The translations under genes and the position numbers were made by a program. Below the pieces are notes generated by a model, which saw nothing but the letters and a program-made list of their open reading frames with translations, did no database searches and was not told where the DNA came from. From Octopus bimaculoides (taxonomy: Eukaryota), in NCBI RefSeq assembly GCF_001194135.2, contig NC_068983.1:115413023-115477022 (forward strand): a stretch of DNA of 64,000 bases. Reading direction: 5' to 3'. Numbering within the stretch: position 1 is the stretch's first letter; each line of letters opens with the position of its first letter. Of the stretch, positions 50,372 to 62,977 are shown in pieces.

Positions 50372-51505
50372 AATGTAAGACCACCATTACTGTATCTCTC
50401 CAGTCCTCAGGTACAGATTCACTAACCTTTATCCTGCCAAACAAGGAGCGAAGTTGCTGCAGAAGTTTCTCACCACCATGTTGTAACAACTCTGTATGTG
50501 TGCCATCCATACCCGGAGACCTCCCATTATTCATCCTTGAGACAGCCACCGCAACTTCTTCCAGATTTGGTGGTTCTGCAAGAGCCGCCTTCACAGGTAG
50601 TTCAGGGATGAGATTGAGAACATCCTCACTAACTACAGACTGCTGATTTAAAAGTTCATCAAAGTGTTCTCGCCACCTTCGCAGAATTCCTTGTGAATCA
50701 CGAAGAAGTTCTTTACCATCCCTGCTTCGAAGTCGTTCCATAAACCTCTCGCAAGAGACCATACAACAGCTTTGTGTTATTGGAATCCGACGCCGCCTGT
50801 ATCTTACCAGCCTTCTTACTCCACCAGGTATCTCTCATCTGAGAGAGCCTCCACTTCACATGTGATTTCACATCCTTGAGTTTCCTATGCAACACTTCTC
50901 CCTCCTGTGGCTTTGCTGACAAATAGCGTGACAAAGTACGTCTTTTATCAACCAATAAATCATCTATATGTTCATCATTTTCTTTAAACCACTCTTGATA
51001 CTTTCTTTGTATCAATCCCAGAACTTCCTCCCTATATCATAAACTGACTTTTTAAGGGTCGGCCAATCTTCCCCAATGTCTGCAGCATTCATTTCCTCTC
51101 GTAAAATTATCTTCACACTATTACATCTAAGACGATCAACATTCAGTCATTTAGGCAGGGTAATACCTGCAGCCCGGATTTTATGATTAATTTTGTGATT
51201 AATTTCACTTTAGCACGTACTAGGCAGTGGTCAGTTTAACACTCAGCCTCACGAAGGACACGAACACACTGCACATCTCGTCTGTCACGCACCCTAATAA
51301 GGATGTAATCCAGAATATGTCATTCTTTAGATGCAGGGTGCATCCATGCGGTCTTCAACTTATTCTTTTGTAACACACAGACGCAGCTCCTCACATATCT
51401 GCAGCAGAAGCATACCATTACTATTACACTTTCCCACCCCATACTTTCCAATTACAGTCCATGTGTTAAAATCCCCACCCACTAGCATTAAACTCACCCA
51501 GTACT
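50372..51505 (-). mobile_element. RTE-clade LINE fragment (APE C-terminus to pre-RT region)
   Basis: VIGKYGVGKCNSNGMLLLQIC, YQEWFKENDEHIDDLL, ILRRWREHFDELLN, NGRSPGMDG..ELLQHGG, VPEDWRD. Confidence 0.88.
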
Positions 51506-51899
51506 AACATATGCATACATACATACGTGCGTATATTGCTAGCATATGCACACATACATGCACACGTGTAAACATATCCTCACTTATTTAATAATTCACT
51601 GATTGTAATTATTATAATTGTTTATACAGTAGGTGTTATATTTTTATCTTTTATTATCTTCTAATTATTTATGGCATTGTAATTTTTATATTCAATTTAT
51701 GATTGCTATATATATATATATATATNNNNNNNNNNNNNNNNNNNNNNNNNNNNNNNNNNNNNNNNNNNNNNNNNNNNNNNNNNNTATATATTCGTTTTCT
51801 ATTAAATATATTTACTCACTCCTATATTGATTTACATATAAAAATAACCATACAATATAATATAATCTCCACGTTGAGCTGTATTTGATATTCAAATAA

Positions 51900-52075
51900 T
51901 GCTTTGTCCAAAAGTGTTATAAAGCAATCGATTAGCTGAATCGTTATTGCAGTTATCCTCGCTTATTGTTCTCTGAGTTCAAATCCCGACGAAATCAATT
52001 TTATCTTTCATCTCCTTGTGCTTGATAAATACTGTACAAATTAAACATAAGGGGTAATTTGTTGTCTTTCAGTCC
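51900..52075 (+). mobile_element. Degenerate SINE family B
   Basis: ctctgagttcaaatcccgacgaaatcaattttatctttcatc. Confidence 0.6.
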
Positions 52076-52424
52076 CTTTCTTACTCTCCCAGAATCGGCT
52101 ATGCTGTACAGTGAGAAGACAGTTGTTGACCACAAATAGTTGTCTCTTTCTCCAAGAAATGAAGGATAGTTGAGATACAGGTTAGCAACGTCTCATTTAC
52201 TAGGCAATAAAATTATTCCAGTAAAAACTAATAGTACATAGTACATAGTAATAGTACATACGACGTGTTGTATGGTATGGAATACTTTTTAAACAAATTA
52301 ATTTATTAAATACTAGGTTATACAGAAATTAATGTAAAATTGGGTTTAGATTGTTTAACTGGCGCATATTAATAGAGTGACTCTTTAACTACAATATCTC
52401 TTCTTCTTCCTCTTCTTCATTTCA

Positions 52425-53435
52425 AACAAACAATGGGTTCCAAGCAGAAGCAATGTACCACCATTGAGTTCTTGACGAAAGACTACAAGTTGTCCGACAT
52501 CTACAAAAATCAACAGGTTGTTTAAGAAGATGATACTATTAACAAAAGTAATATGCACTGGTTAGATGAAGAAGTTGAAAGAGGAAACTATCATTGAAGA
52601 TAAACCACACAGTGAGAAACTGCTGCCGCTGATACTACTCGCCAGCGAGTGGACAAATTGACAGACGACACAATCGGTGAATTTACTGTACAACTAGTCT
52701 GTGGTGACAATGCCCTAGAGAAGATAGTAGAGGACTCTGGGTAAGGAAAAGCGTGTGCAAAGCGGGTATCACGGTAGCTGACACTTGATTTGAAAGAGAG
52801 AATGGTAGAAATCTGTTCTGATTTGCTGGAAGCATTTGAGGCCAATGATAACATGTATTTTTTTCCGATCTGGTGACAGAAGATAAAACATGGGCGTATC
52901 CTTATAGTCCGGAAAATAAGGTTCAGACCATAGAATAGTGTTACGTCTTTTCTTCAAGGCTTAAGTTAAAGAGTAGTGATCGGCCCAGAAAGCCATGGTG
53001 ACTGTTTTTTGTTTTGGTTTTTGCGGATTGGCGGAGTGTCAAGGGCTTCATTCCCCTTATTTTCTGGAAGGTGGTTCTATTGTGAAGAGAGAGTAGTGCA
53101 TTAAGGCAGAGAAAGCGCTTAGAGAATCTATTGAAAAAGACTGAACAAGTATCTGAAAACGATTCACATTCACCATAACAATGCACGGCTATATACACCT
53201 TTGGCAACAAATTTGACAATTGGCATATTGGGTTGATCAGAGGATCTGGAGTACTCCTACCATCTGTTCGGTACAATGAAGGACAGTCTTTGGAGACAAC
53301 AATTTAAAAGGTGAAAGCGGCTGTGAAAAAGAATATACAACAGCACATCCTTGAATTTTTTCAAAGAAGATTCAAAACTTTCGTTGATTGATGGAGCAAA
53401 CACATCACTTGTGATGGAGACTATATGAAGTATTA
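52425..53435 (+). mobile_element. Heavily decayed mariner transposase
   Basis: KACAKRVSR*LT, VEICSDLLEAFEAND, LVTEDKTWAYPYSPE, HHNNARLYT, YHLFGTMKDSL, WSKHITCDGDY. Confidence 0.8.
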
Positions 53436-54848
53436 ACGTTGTATATATGGTGAGTTACTTTGCCAACATTTGAATGACATGTTAGTTAAGAAAAAGCTAC
53501 ATCCACTTTTGCAATATGTTCAGTACAAACCTTGTATAAACGTTTATGTAGCACAAGGTTACATATTTGTAGTCGATTAAATCAATCATACCCTTAACAT
53601 TATCGATTCTTCCCTCCATCAAATGTTTTTTTTAGTGTTAATACTGATTTCTAAATGATGCCCACACCAGAAGAGATATTTTGGAGCAGGGTTGTCATCT
53701 CCGGTAATTGAACGGTATTTATTTTACTCAGATTGATAGAAGGAAAGAAGTTATCTACAAAACGGAGACTTCGCTCGAATGCTTGCAACAAAATAGACTC
53801 CCAAAAGGGCAATCAAAGTGCCAAGTAACAGTGTTAAGCAAGGCGATGAATTAACCCTGATATCGAAATAGCCTAAATCAGGATTTGAACACGGAACACA
53901 AAAAACGGAAAAAATACCACTTGGCATCCGGTTCGTCGTTCATACACTTCCGCAATCCACCATTCTGGATTGATAAAGGTTAGAAGTATAACTCGACAGA
54001 ATACTCTAACAGCTCTACCAATTCGCCTCCATATTATCTGATATTAAACTATCATCCAGGGTTAAAGAAATGCTTTAATACACAAAGTATTTTAAAGAAG
54101 TTTAATGAGATTCAGCATGCAATTTAAGGAAATCCGTATGAGCATTCAATATCTTATTGATTAAATATATTCTGGTTTTACTTCATTATATTTTTGGTTC
54201 AGTTTTTCGCTCACTTCTTATGTCTTTCTATGGATTATTCTGAGTTGTTCTGAATTGATTTAAGATGTTCCTGTGCTGTTTGTTTCATGAAATATTTTGT
54301 TTTGTTTTTTTAATAAATTTTGTATTTTGCCCGCCTTGATTTTTCACACATATAGACAAAATTAGGTTCATGATATCTTTGCCATTTAGAGTAGAATATG
54401 TAATTTTGAGAAATTCACTACATTTAATATAGCATTCGCAGTATAGAAAATCTTTTAAATGTCTCGTTTACCAAAGCATGTGTAGATTAGTTCTCTTCTA
54501 TCAATGTGTATGTCTATTTGTGTGATTTTAATACCACTACTTTAGAGTATTTCTCTGGAAAGATGTTTTTTGAAAGAATCTATAAATGTCTGTTGCTTAA
54601 AGGTCGTCAGTAAACAAAATGCAGGAGTGATAAATATCCAAGGAATTTAACATATTTATCTTATTTTCTAGTTCCCTGTGATAAAACTGAAGTGCCGTGA
54701 AGGCCTTTTCGGCAACTTCGAGCAATGATTGGACAGACTAAGTGAACAGTTCAATCTTCGTTCCAATCTACCGAAAAGGCTTTCATTAAACCAGACTTAA
54801 CATTAAATACATGACTAAATACACAAGTCATATGGATTTGACTAAATA

Positions 54849-56140
54849 TATTTGGGTTGGCCAAAAAGTCCATTCGGTGTTTGTCGACTCTAAACTTCAG
54901 TAAAAAGTAGCTCACTTCAGTCTGTCCCTTACGCATATGCACTCCTTAGATACTTGACACTTCAACGTAGCCCGACACGAAATTCCAACAAGACAGGTTG
55001 TATTTTGTGTGTTTCAAATCATCCTGAAACTGGGGAACCAAAATGAACATTGTTGACTCTTCATGCTTTTTTTATTATAGAAAAGGAAAGAAAGCGGCGG
55101 AAGCCTGCAGGAAGATATGCACTGTGTACGAAAAGGATGGTGTTATGAAACGTATGTGCCAGAAGTAGTGGTTTTAAAGATGTCAATCGGGTAAGTTTTC
55201 AGCTGAAGCTGCACCTCGCCTCGCTCTGTCTGGCCTGTTGAGATTAATATCGACACCAACCCCGACTATACGAACAGAATGATCGCAGATATTCACCAAA
55301 TATCCAAATCGTATGTTTAAAACCATCTGTATCAACTTGTTTACATCAGCAGGCTCCATGTATGAGTCTCGCATCAATTGGATGAAGCTAAATTCACCCA
55401 ACAGATCTGCGATTCGTCGCAGAAACGTGAAGAAAATTATCCATTTTTTTTTTATCTTGAAGAGATTGATTACAGGAATGAGAAAGGAATCGTCTATAAC
55501 AATGTGAAGCGTAAACGATCATTGGAAAGTACGGTGAATTATCACAAACAAGTGCCAAAGTGGGACTTCACTCGAAGAAGGCTATGATTTCGATTTGGTA
55601 GAATTGCAAGGGTGTTATCTTTTATGAGCTTCTTCCCACGGACAGGACCAACAATTCAGAGGTGTACTGTGATTAACTGGCCAAATTAAACGCAGCGGTC
55701 CACCAGAAGTGTCCCCACTTGCTAATTGTAAGGGTATTGTCTTTCATCACGACAATGCCAGACCACACGCTTCTTTGCAGACGCAGCAGAAATTACTGCC
55801 GAATATGGAGGTAAATATGAAGGATGCGGAAGCAGTTTTGCCGTACCTTCCATATTCACCCAACCTTCATACTTACAGGTTTTCCACCCGTTTCGGTCTC
55901 TTCAAAATTCATTGAATGGACCTTCAAGCCTAAAGAGGATGTAAATATTCCTCTGGAAGAGATTTTCACCAGTAAAGACAAGAAATTGTTTGAGCAGGGA
56001 ATAATGGATCTGCCCATTAGATGGGGGGAGTGGTATTGGAACGAAACAGCAACTATATCATTCATTGAATAAATCGCTTTGTGTTTAAACTTTGTCTTAT
56101 TTTCGCTTAAAAACAGAACGGATTTTTGGCTAACCCAATA
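54849..56140 (+). mobile_element. Full-length decayed mariner
   Basis: TIRs tatttgggttggccaaaaagtccattc / gaacggatttttggctaacccaata. Peptides KGKKAAEACRKIC, ITG-EKGIVYNNVKRKRS, KGIVFHHDNARPH, LPYSPNL. Confidence 0.9.
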
Positions 56141-56149
56141 TTTATTAAT

Positions 56150-56280
56150 AGACGTGATTGTGTAGTAAAAAGTTCGATTCTCGACCGCATGGCTCTGGGT
56201 TCAATCCCACTGCTTGGCATTTTGGGCAANNNNNNNNNNACCTTGAGAGTGGGTTTAGAACTGAAAGAAACTTGTATATA
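56150..56280 (+). mobile_element. SINE family A head
   Basis: tgtgtagtaaaaag..gggttcaatcccactgc..ttgggcaa..actgaaagaaac. Confidence 0.72.
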
Positions 56281-56299
56281 AAAATTGGGTTTCGAGTAA

Positions 56300-56605
56300 C
56301 TGGAACACTCTGCACGCAGTCCAGATCTCGTCACTTCCAGCCATCACCTCTTTTGACAGCTCAAAGTATTCTTTACGAGATCGTTGTGTTTTGCTACGGA
56401 CGAAGAAGCACAGGAAGCGGTACATAAATGGCTACGCAACCAGTCAAAAACCTTCTATGGGATAAACAAGCATGTGGGCCGCTGGAAGAAGTGCTTCGAA
56501 AAACAAGGAGACTATGTCAGAAAATGATATCATTATTCAACCCTTGCTCTCATTTTGATAAATTACAGAAACAAGAATGCGTATAATTTTTCACTTAGAC
56601 TCGTA
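56300..56605 (+). mobile_element. Mariner 3' fragment
   Basis: SPDLVTSSHHLF, FATDEEAQEAVHKWLRNQSKTFY, VGRWKKCFEKQGDYV; ends ..gactcgta. Confidence 0.85.
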
Positions 56606-56899
56606 CATAGACACACGACTACATATGTGCATATAAAATGCATACATACCTGCTACATACATACATACTTACATGGTAGTTATAAACTAAAACGTTGGAC
56701 ACGTATACTTATTTTTCTCCAAAAGCTGAAAGCTATCAAGCATCGTAGCAATTTGGATATTATCATATCCACTGTATATCGTGTGTGACAAAAGGACAAA
56801 GGAAAAAATGATGACTTTGTATACAAATAATATAAATAGAAAAGGAAAGAAATAGAAAAATAAATAAAAACTAAATGAAAGGAAGAGCAAAAGACTAAA

Positions 56900-57130
56900 A
56901 GGTATAATGGCTTCTGATTTAAGAACAAGGTAAACGATTAGTTGAGTACATCGACCGCTACATTTGTCTGTTACCTTATTCAATCGACCCTGAAAAATTG
57001 AAAGCCAAAGTTGACTTCGGTGGTATTTGAACTCAAAACGTGAAGCACCGGAACAAATACCGGAAGGCCGACTATTTTTTCTTTCTTCTTTTTTTCGACG
57101 CTTCAACGATTCTAGCAGCTCACCACCTTT
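56900..57130 (-). mobile_element. SINE family B copy
   Basis: gaaagccaaagttgacttcggtggtatttgaactc..gattctagcagctcaccacctt. Confidence 0.8.
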
Positions 57131-57744
57131 ATGGAAGGTATAATAACAGAGAATGCTGATACGAAAACTTTCTCGTTCTTTGTTACTTTGTAGTCAATAG
57201 TTTTGTTCGTTTTCGTACATTTTCGGCAGTTGCGCTATTTCAGCATTTTTCACTAGATTTAGGAGCATATAAGCTATTATCTATGTGATACCTTATAATA
57301 TAAGACTTAAAACAGAAGAAATTTTGCTATGGTATTAATGAAATATTGTGTTACAAATCATATGAAATTATATTAAATCAGAATCTAAAAGATAAGAAAT
57401 ATTATAATCTTATCAAGAATTTTAAATATTATTTTTAAAATAAGATCAAAATATTTGAATATTGATGTTATTTGCATTGATAATGAATGTGATATGCAAA
57501 CGTTGGCGGGGGTACACATAAATATGAATGCGTAACTAGTTTTGATCGAATAAATGCATGATTATTGTATGAGTCTTTTGTCTCATTAAAATTATAATTA
57601 CATTTATACAATAATTACCATTTTAACAATAATAACGCTAGTTTTACAGTTTTATTTCTATTCTTTCTTTAGTATTTGTATTGTGATTCAGACTTTTCTG
57701 CGAAGAAACATTCCCAATTTCATAAGTTACATATTGTTTTCAAA

Positions 57745-57950
57745 TTTTAGTACAAGACCAGCTAGTTCGGTGGAGTAGAAAGTCGATTACATCGACCCCA
57801 GTATTCAACGGGTACTTATTTTATCGACCTCGAAAGGATGAAAAGCAAAGTCGACCTCGGCAAAATTTAAACTGTGAACGTAAAGACAGACGAAATGCCG
57901 CTAAGCATTTAACCCTGCGTGCTTATCGATTCTGCCAGCTCACCGTCTTA
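57745..57950 (-). mobile_element. SINE family B copy
   Basis: gtcgattacatcgacccc..aaaggatgaaaagcaaagtcgacctcggc..ctgccagctcaccgtctt. Confidence 0.9.
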
Positions 57951-58149
57951 GTTAAGTTACATATTGGAATATGTGACATTTCTACATTGTTTAATAACTT
58001 CTCATTTTTGGCGAGAAACGAGTTATTATTATTGTTAAGATTGTTGTTGCTGCTGCTGCTGTTTTTGTTGCTGTTGCAGCTGCTACTGTTGTTTTTCGTT
58101 GTTGTTGCTTAATCCTAGGTCAGCTCTGGTCGAATAAATTTATTATCAA

Positions 58150-58285
58150 AGTTAATACAGCAGTGGCCATCCTATCTTGAAAACCTAAATTACACTCAGT
58201 TGTAAGTTCTGTTTAAAGAGGGTACGAGAGGTGTGAAGGAGATTTGACTACTATTTCTAACAGACCAAGCATCCATATAGAAGCT
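58150..58285 (+). repeat. Old interspersed repeat family D
   Basis: cctaggtcagctctggtcga..gagatttgactactatttctaacag..catatagaagct. Confidence 0.5.
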
Positions 58286-58290
58286 TTATC

Positions 58291-58360
58291 GTTTGATCAA
58301 AAATTTTGATCAAAATTTTGATCAAAATTTTTGATAAAAGTTTTGATGAAATTTTTGATG
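58291..58360. repeat. Short tandem array of the palindrome ttttgatcaaaa
   Basis: 5-6 progressively degenerate 12-13 bp units. Confidence 0.85.
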
Positions 58361-60833
58361 CAAATTAACGGAAACTAACGGAAAGTAACGGAAACCAACG
58401 GAAAGTAACGGAAACTACCGGAAACTAACGGAAAGTAACAGAAACTCACTGAAAGTAACGGAAACTAGCGGAAAATAACGGGAACTAACGGAAACTAACA
58501 GAAAGTAGCGGAAAGTAACGGATACTACCGGAGATTAACGGAAACTAACGGAAAGTAACGGAAACTAATGGAAAGTAACGGAAACTAAAGGAAAGTAACG
58601 GAAACTAACGGAAAGTAACGGAAACTAACGGAAACCAATGGAAAATAACGGAAACTAACGGAAATTAATGAAAGTAGCGGAAAGTAGCGGAAACTAACGG
58701 AGAGTAACGGAAACTAACGGAAACTAGGGGAAAGTAACGGAAAATAACGGGAAAAAAACAGAAATTAACGGAAAGTAACTGAAACTAACGGGAAGTAACG
58801 GAGACTAACGGAAAATAACGGGGACTAACGGAAAATAACGGAAACTAACGGAAACTAACGGGAAGTAATGGAAACTAACGGAAAATAACGGCAAATAACG
58901 GAAAGTAACGGGAACTAACGGAAACTAACTTGAAGTAACAGAAACTAACATCAAGTAGCGGAAAATAACGGAAACTAACGCAAAGTAACGGAGAGTAACG
59001 GAAAGTAACGAAAACTAACGGAAAGTAACGGAAACTAACGGAATCTAACGGAAAGTAGCGGAAACTAACGGAGAGTAACGGAAACTAACGGTAATTAGTG
59101 GAAAGTAACGGAAACCAGCGAGACTAACAGGAAATAACGGGGACTAACGGAAAGTAACGGGAACTAACAGAAAGTAAGGGAAAGTAACGCAAAGTAATGG
59201 AAACAAACCGAAACTAACGGAAAATTAATGGAAACTAACGAAAAGTTACGGAAAGTAACGGAAACTAACGGAAACCAATGGAAACTAACTGAAACTAACG
59301 GAAACTGACGGAAACTAGCGGGAAGTAACGGAAAGTAACGAAAACTAACAAAAACTAGGGAAACTAACGGGAACGAACGGAAAATAACGGAAACTAACGG
59401 AAACAAACGTGAAGTACGGAAACTAACGGAAACTAACGAAAAGTAACGAAAACTAACGGAAGCAAACGGAAACTAAAGGGAAGTAAGNNNNNNNNNNNNN
59501 NNNNNNNNNNNNNNNNNNNNNNNNNNNNNNNNNNNNNNNNNNNNNNNNNNNNNNNNNNNNNNNNNNNNNNNNNNNNNNNNNNNNNNNNNNNNNNNNNNNN
59601 NNNNNNNNNNNNNNNNNNNNNNNNNNNNNNNNNNNNNNNNNNNNNNNNNNNNNNNNNNNNNNNNNNNNNNNNNNNNNNNNNNNNNNNNNNNNNNNNNNNN
59701 NNNNNNNNNNNNNNNNNNNNNNNNNNNNNNNNNNNNNNNNNNNNNNNNNNNNNNNNNNNNNNNNNNNNNNNNNNNNNNNNNNNNNNNNNNNNNNNNNNNN
59801 NNNNNNNNNNNNNNNNNNNNNNNNNNNNNNNNNNNNNNNNNNNNNNGGGAAAGTAACGCAAAGTAATGGAAACAAACCGAAACTAACGGAAAATTAATGG
59901 AAACTAACGAAAAGTTACGGAAAGTAACGGAAACTAACGGAAAGTAATGAGAACTAACGGAAAATAACGGAAAGTAACGGAAACCAACGGCAAGTAACGG
60001 AAACTAACGGAAAAAACGGAAGCTAACGGAAACTAACGGAAACTGACGGAACTTAACGGAAAGTAACGGTAAGTAACGGAGAGTAATGGAAACTAACGGA
60101 AAGTAATGGAGACTAACGGAGAATAACGGAAACTAAGGAAACTAGTGGAAAGTAACGGAAAATAAGGGAAACTTACGGAAAGTAAGGGAAATTAAAGTAA
60201 ACCAACGGAAACTAACTGAAACTAAAGGAAACTAACGGGAAATAACGGAAAATAACGGAAGATAACGGCAAGTAACGGAAACTAACGAAAAGTAAGGGAA
60301 ACTAACGGAAACTAACGAAAAGTAGCGGAAACTAACGGAGACTCTAGGAAACTAAAGGAAATATACGGAGACTAACGGGAAGTAACGGAAACCAACGGAA
60401 ACTAACGGCAAGCGACGGAAACTAACGGAAACTAACGGTAAGTAACGGAAACTAACGGAAACCAACGAAAGGTAGCGGAAACTAACGGAAACTAACGGAA
60501 ACTTACGGAAACTAACGGGAAGTAACGGAGACTAACGGAAACTAACGGAAAGTAACATAAACTAACGGAAAGTAACGGTAAGTAACGGGAACTAAGGAAA
60601 GTAACGGAAAATTTATGGAAACCAACGAAAAGTAACGGTAAGTAACGGAAACTAACGGAAACCAACGGAAAACCAATTGATACTAACGGAAACTACCGGA
60701 AACTAACGGAAAGTAACAGAAACTCACTGAAAGNNNNNNNNNNNNNNNNNNNNNNNNNNNNNNNNNNNNNNNNNNNNNNNNNNNNNNNNNNNNNNNNNNN
60801 NNNNNNNNNNNNNNNNNNNNNNNNNNNNNNNNN

Positions 60834-60995
60834 TGTGTGTATCTCCAACATCGCATGACACCTATGGTGGCGTGTTTACGTCCACGTAACTTAGCGGTTA
60901 GAATAAATACTAGGCTTACAAAGAATAAGTCCTAAGGTCGTTTTGCTCGACTAAAGGTGGTGTTCCAGCATGGCCACAGTCAAATGACTGAAACA
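60834..60995 (+). mobile_element. SINE family A 3' half
   Basis: Carries the deletion ttagcggtt^agaataa. Confidence 0.88.
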
Positions 60996-61312
60996 ATTTA
61001 AATCTGAAATATATCTACGTATCGCTGTTATTGCGGCCGCTTGGGAGTCTTATTTATTGAAAATATAAAGTTTTAAGAAACCTAAAGACCGCGATAAGAT
61101 AAATACAATAATCTAATATTAACCTCAAATCCGATAAAAGTAGAAATATATATCAAATTGACCACAATATTTCAAACTCAACCGCCAACTAATATAGGAA
61201 AATTGAAATCGTTGTGTTTTGCTACGGACGAAGAAGCACAGGAAGCTGTACATAAATGGCTACGCAACCAGTCAAAAACCTTCTATGGAATAAACAAGCA
61301 TGTGGGCCGCTG
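60996..61312 (+). repeat. ~318-bp unit (AT-rich segment plus mariner fragment), copy 1
   Basis: Near-identical to 62659-62977. Confidence 0.95.
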
Positions 61313-62389
61313 AAACTAACGGGAAGTAACGGAAACTAACGGAAAGTGACGGCAAGTATCGGAAACTAACGGAAAGTAACGGGAACTAACGGAAAATAAC
61401 GGAAAATAACGGAAAATAACGGCAAGTAACGGAAACTAACGGAAACTAACGGAAACTAATCTTTAGCATTAGTCTTGTTATATTTTTCNNNNNNNNNNNN
61501 NNNNNNNNNNNNNNNNNNNNNNNNNNNNNNNNNNNNNNNNNNNNNNNNNNNNNNNNNNNNNNNNNNNNNNNNNNNNNNNNNNNNNNNNNNNNNNNNNNNN
61601 NNNNNNNNNNNNNNNNNNNNNNNNNNNNNNNNNNNNNNNNNNNNNNNNNNNNNNNNNNNNNNNNNNNNNNNNNNNNNNNNNNNNNNNNNNNNNNNNNNNN
61701 NNNNNNNNNNNNNNNNNNNNNNNNNNNNNNNNNNNNNNNNNNNNNNNNNNNNNNNNNNNNNNNNNNNNNNNNNNNNNNNNNNNNNNNNNNNNNNNNNNNN
61801 NNNNNNNNNNNNNNNNNNNNNNNNNNNNNNNNNNNNNNNNNNNNNNNNNNNNNNNNNNNNNNNNNNNNNNNNNNNNNNNNNNNNNNNNNNNNNNNNNNNN
61901 NNNNNNNNNNNNNNNNNNNNNNNNNNNNNNNNNNNNNNNNNNNNNNNNNNNNNNNNNNNNNNNNNNNNNNNNNNNNNNNNNNNNNNNNNNNNNNNNNNNN
62001 NNNNNNNNNNNNNNNNNNNNNNNNNNNNNNNNNNNNNNNNNNNNNNNNNTAACGGAAAGTAACGAAAACTAACAGAAACTAACGGGAACTAACGGAAACT
62101 AACGGAAACTAACGGAAACTAACGGGAAGTAACGGAAACTAACGGAAAGTAACGGGAACTAACGGAAAATAACGGAAAATAACGGAAAATAACGGCAAGT
62201 AACGGAAACTAACGGAAACTAACGGAAACTAATCTTTAGCATTAGTCTTGTTATATTTTTCGTCAAAAAGTCAGTCTGAGATCGTAATTTTCTAATAAAA
62301 TTTTAATATTTTGCCGACCTAAGTTTTTTTTTTCAAGGCAAGGAAAGTTGATGCAGTGGATTAAATTGCTCTGTAGAAAAAACGTGTAT

Positions 62390-62567
62390 ACTTTTACTTG
62401 TTTCAGTCATTTGACTGTGGCCATGCTGGAGCACCACCTTTAGTCGCGCAAATCGACCTCAGGACATATTCTTTGTAAGCCTAGTACTTATTCTAACCGC
62501 TAAGTTACGGGGACGTAAACACGCCACCATCGGTTGTCAAGCGATGTTGGGCACACACACACACACT
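62390..62567 (-). mobile_element. SINE family A 3' half, inverted twin of 60834-60995
   Basis: Same diagnostic deletion and gtggcgtgtttacg variant. Confidence 0.88.
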
Positions 62568-62658
62568 AACAGGAAGTAACGGAAACTAACGGAAAGTAAC
62601 GGAAACTAACGGGAAATAACGGCAAGTAACGAAAAATTTAACACGATTAATGCCAAAG

Positions 62659-62977
62659 ATTTAAATCTGAAATATATCTACATATCGATGTTAGTGCGGC
62701 CGCTTGGGAGTCTTTCTTGCTGATTGAAAATATAAAGTTTTAAGAAACTTAAAGACTACGATAAGATAAATACAATAATCTAATATTAACCTCAAATCCA
62801 ATAAAAGTAGAAATCTATATCAAATTGACCACAATATTTCAAACTCAACCGCAAACTAATATAGGAAAATTGAAATCGTTGTTTTGCTACGGACGAAGAA
62901 GCACAGGAAGAGGTACATAAAGGGCTACGCAACCAGTCAAAACCCTTCTATGGAATAAACAAGCATGTGGGCCGCTG
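62659..62977 (+). repeat. ~318-bp unit, copy 2
   Basis: Near-identical to 60996-61312. Confidence 0.95.

Noticed and set aside
59164-59875. Minus-strand F/P/L/V/S-rich ORFs
   Set aside because: Translation of the decamer satellite.
61313-62262. Identical satellite plus aatctttagcattag.. block on both sides of the 61489-62049 gap
   Set aside because: Probably an unmerged contig overlap; not interpreted as a biological duplication.
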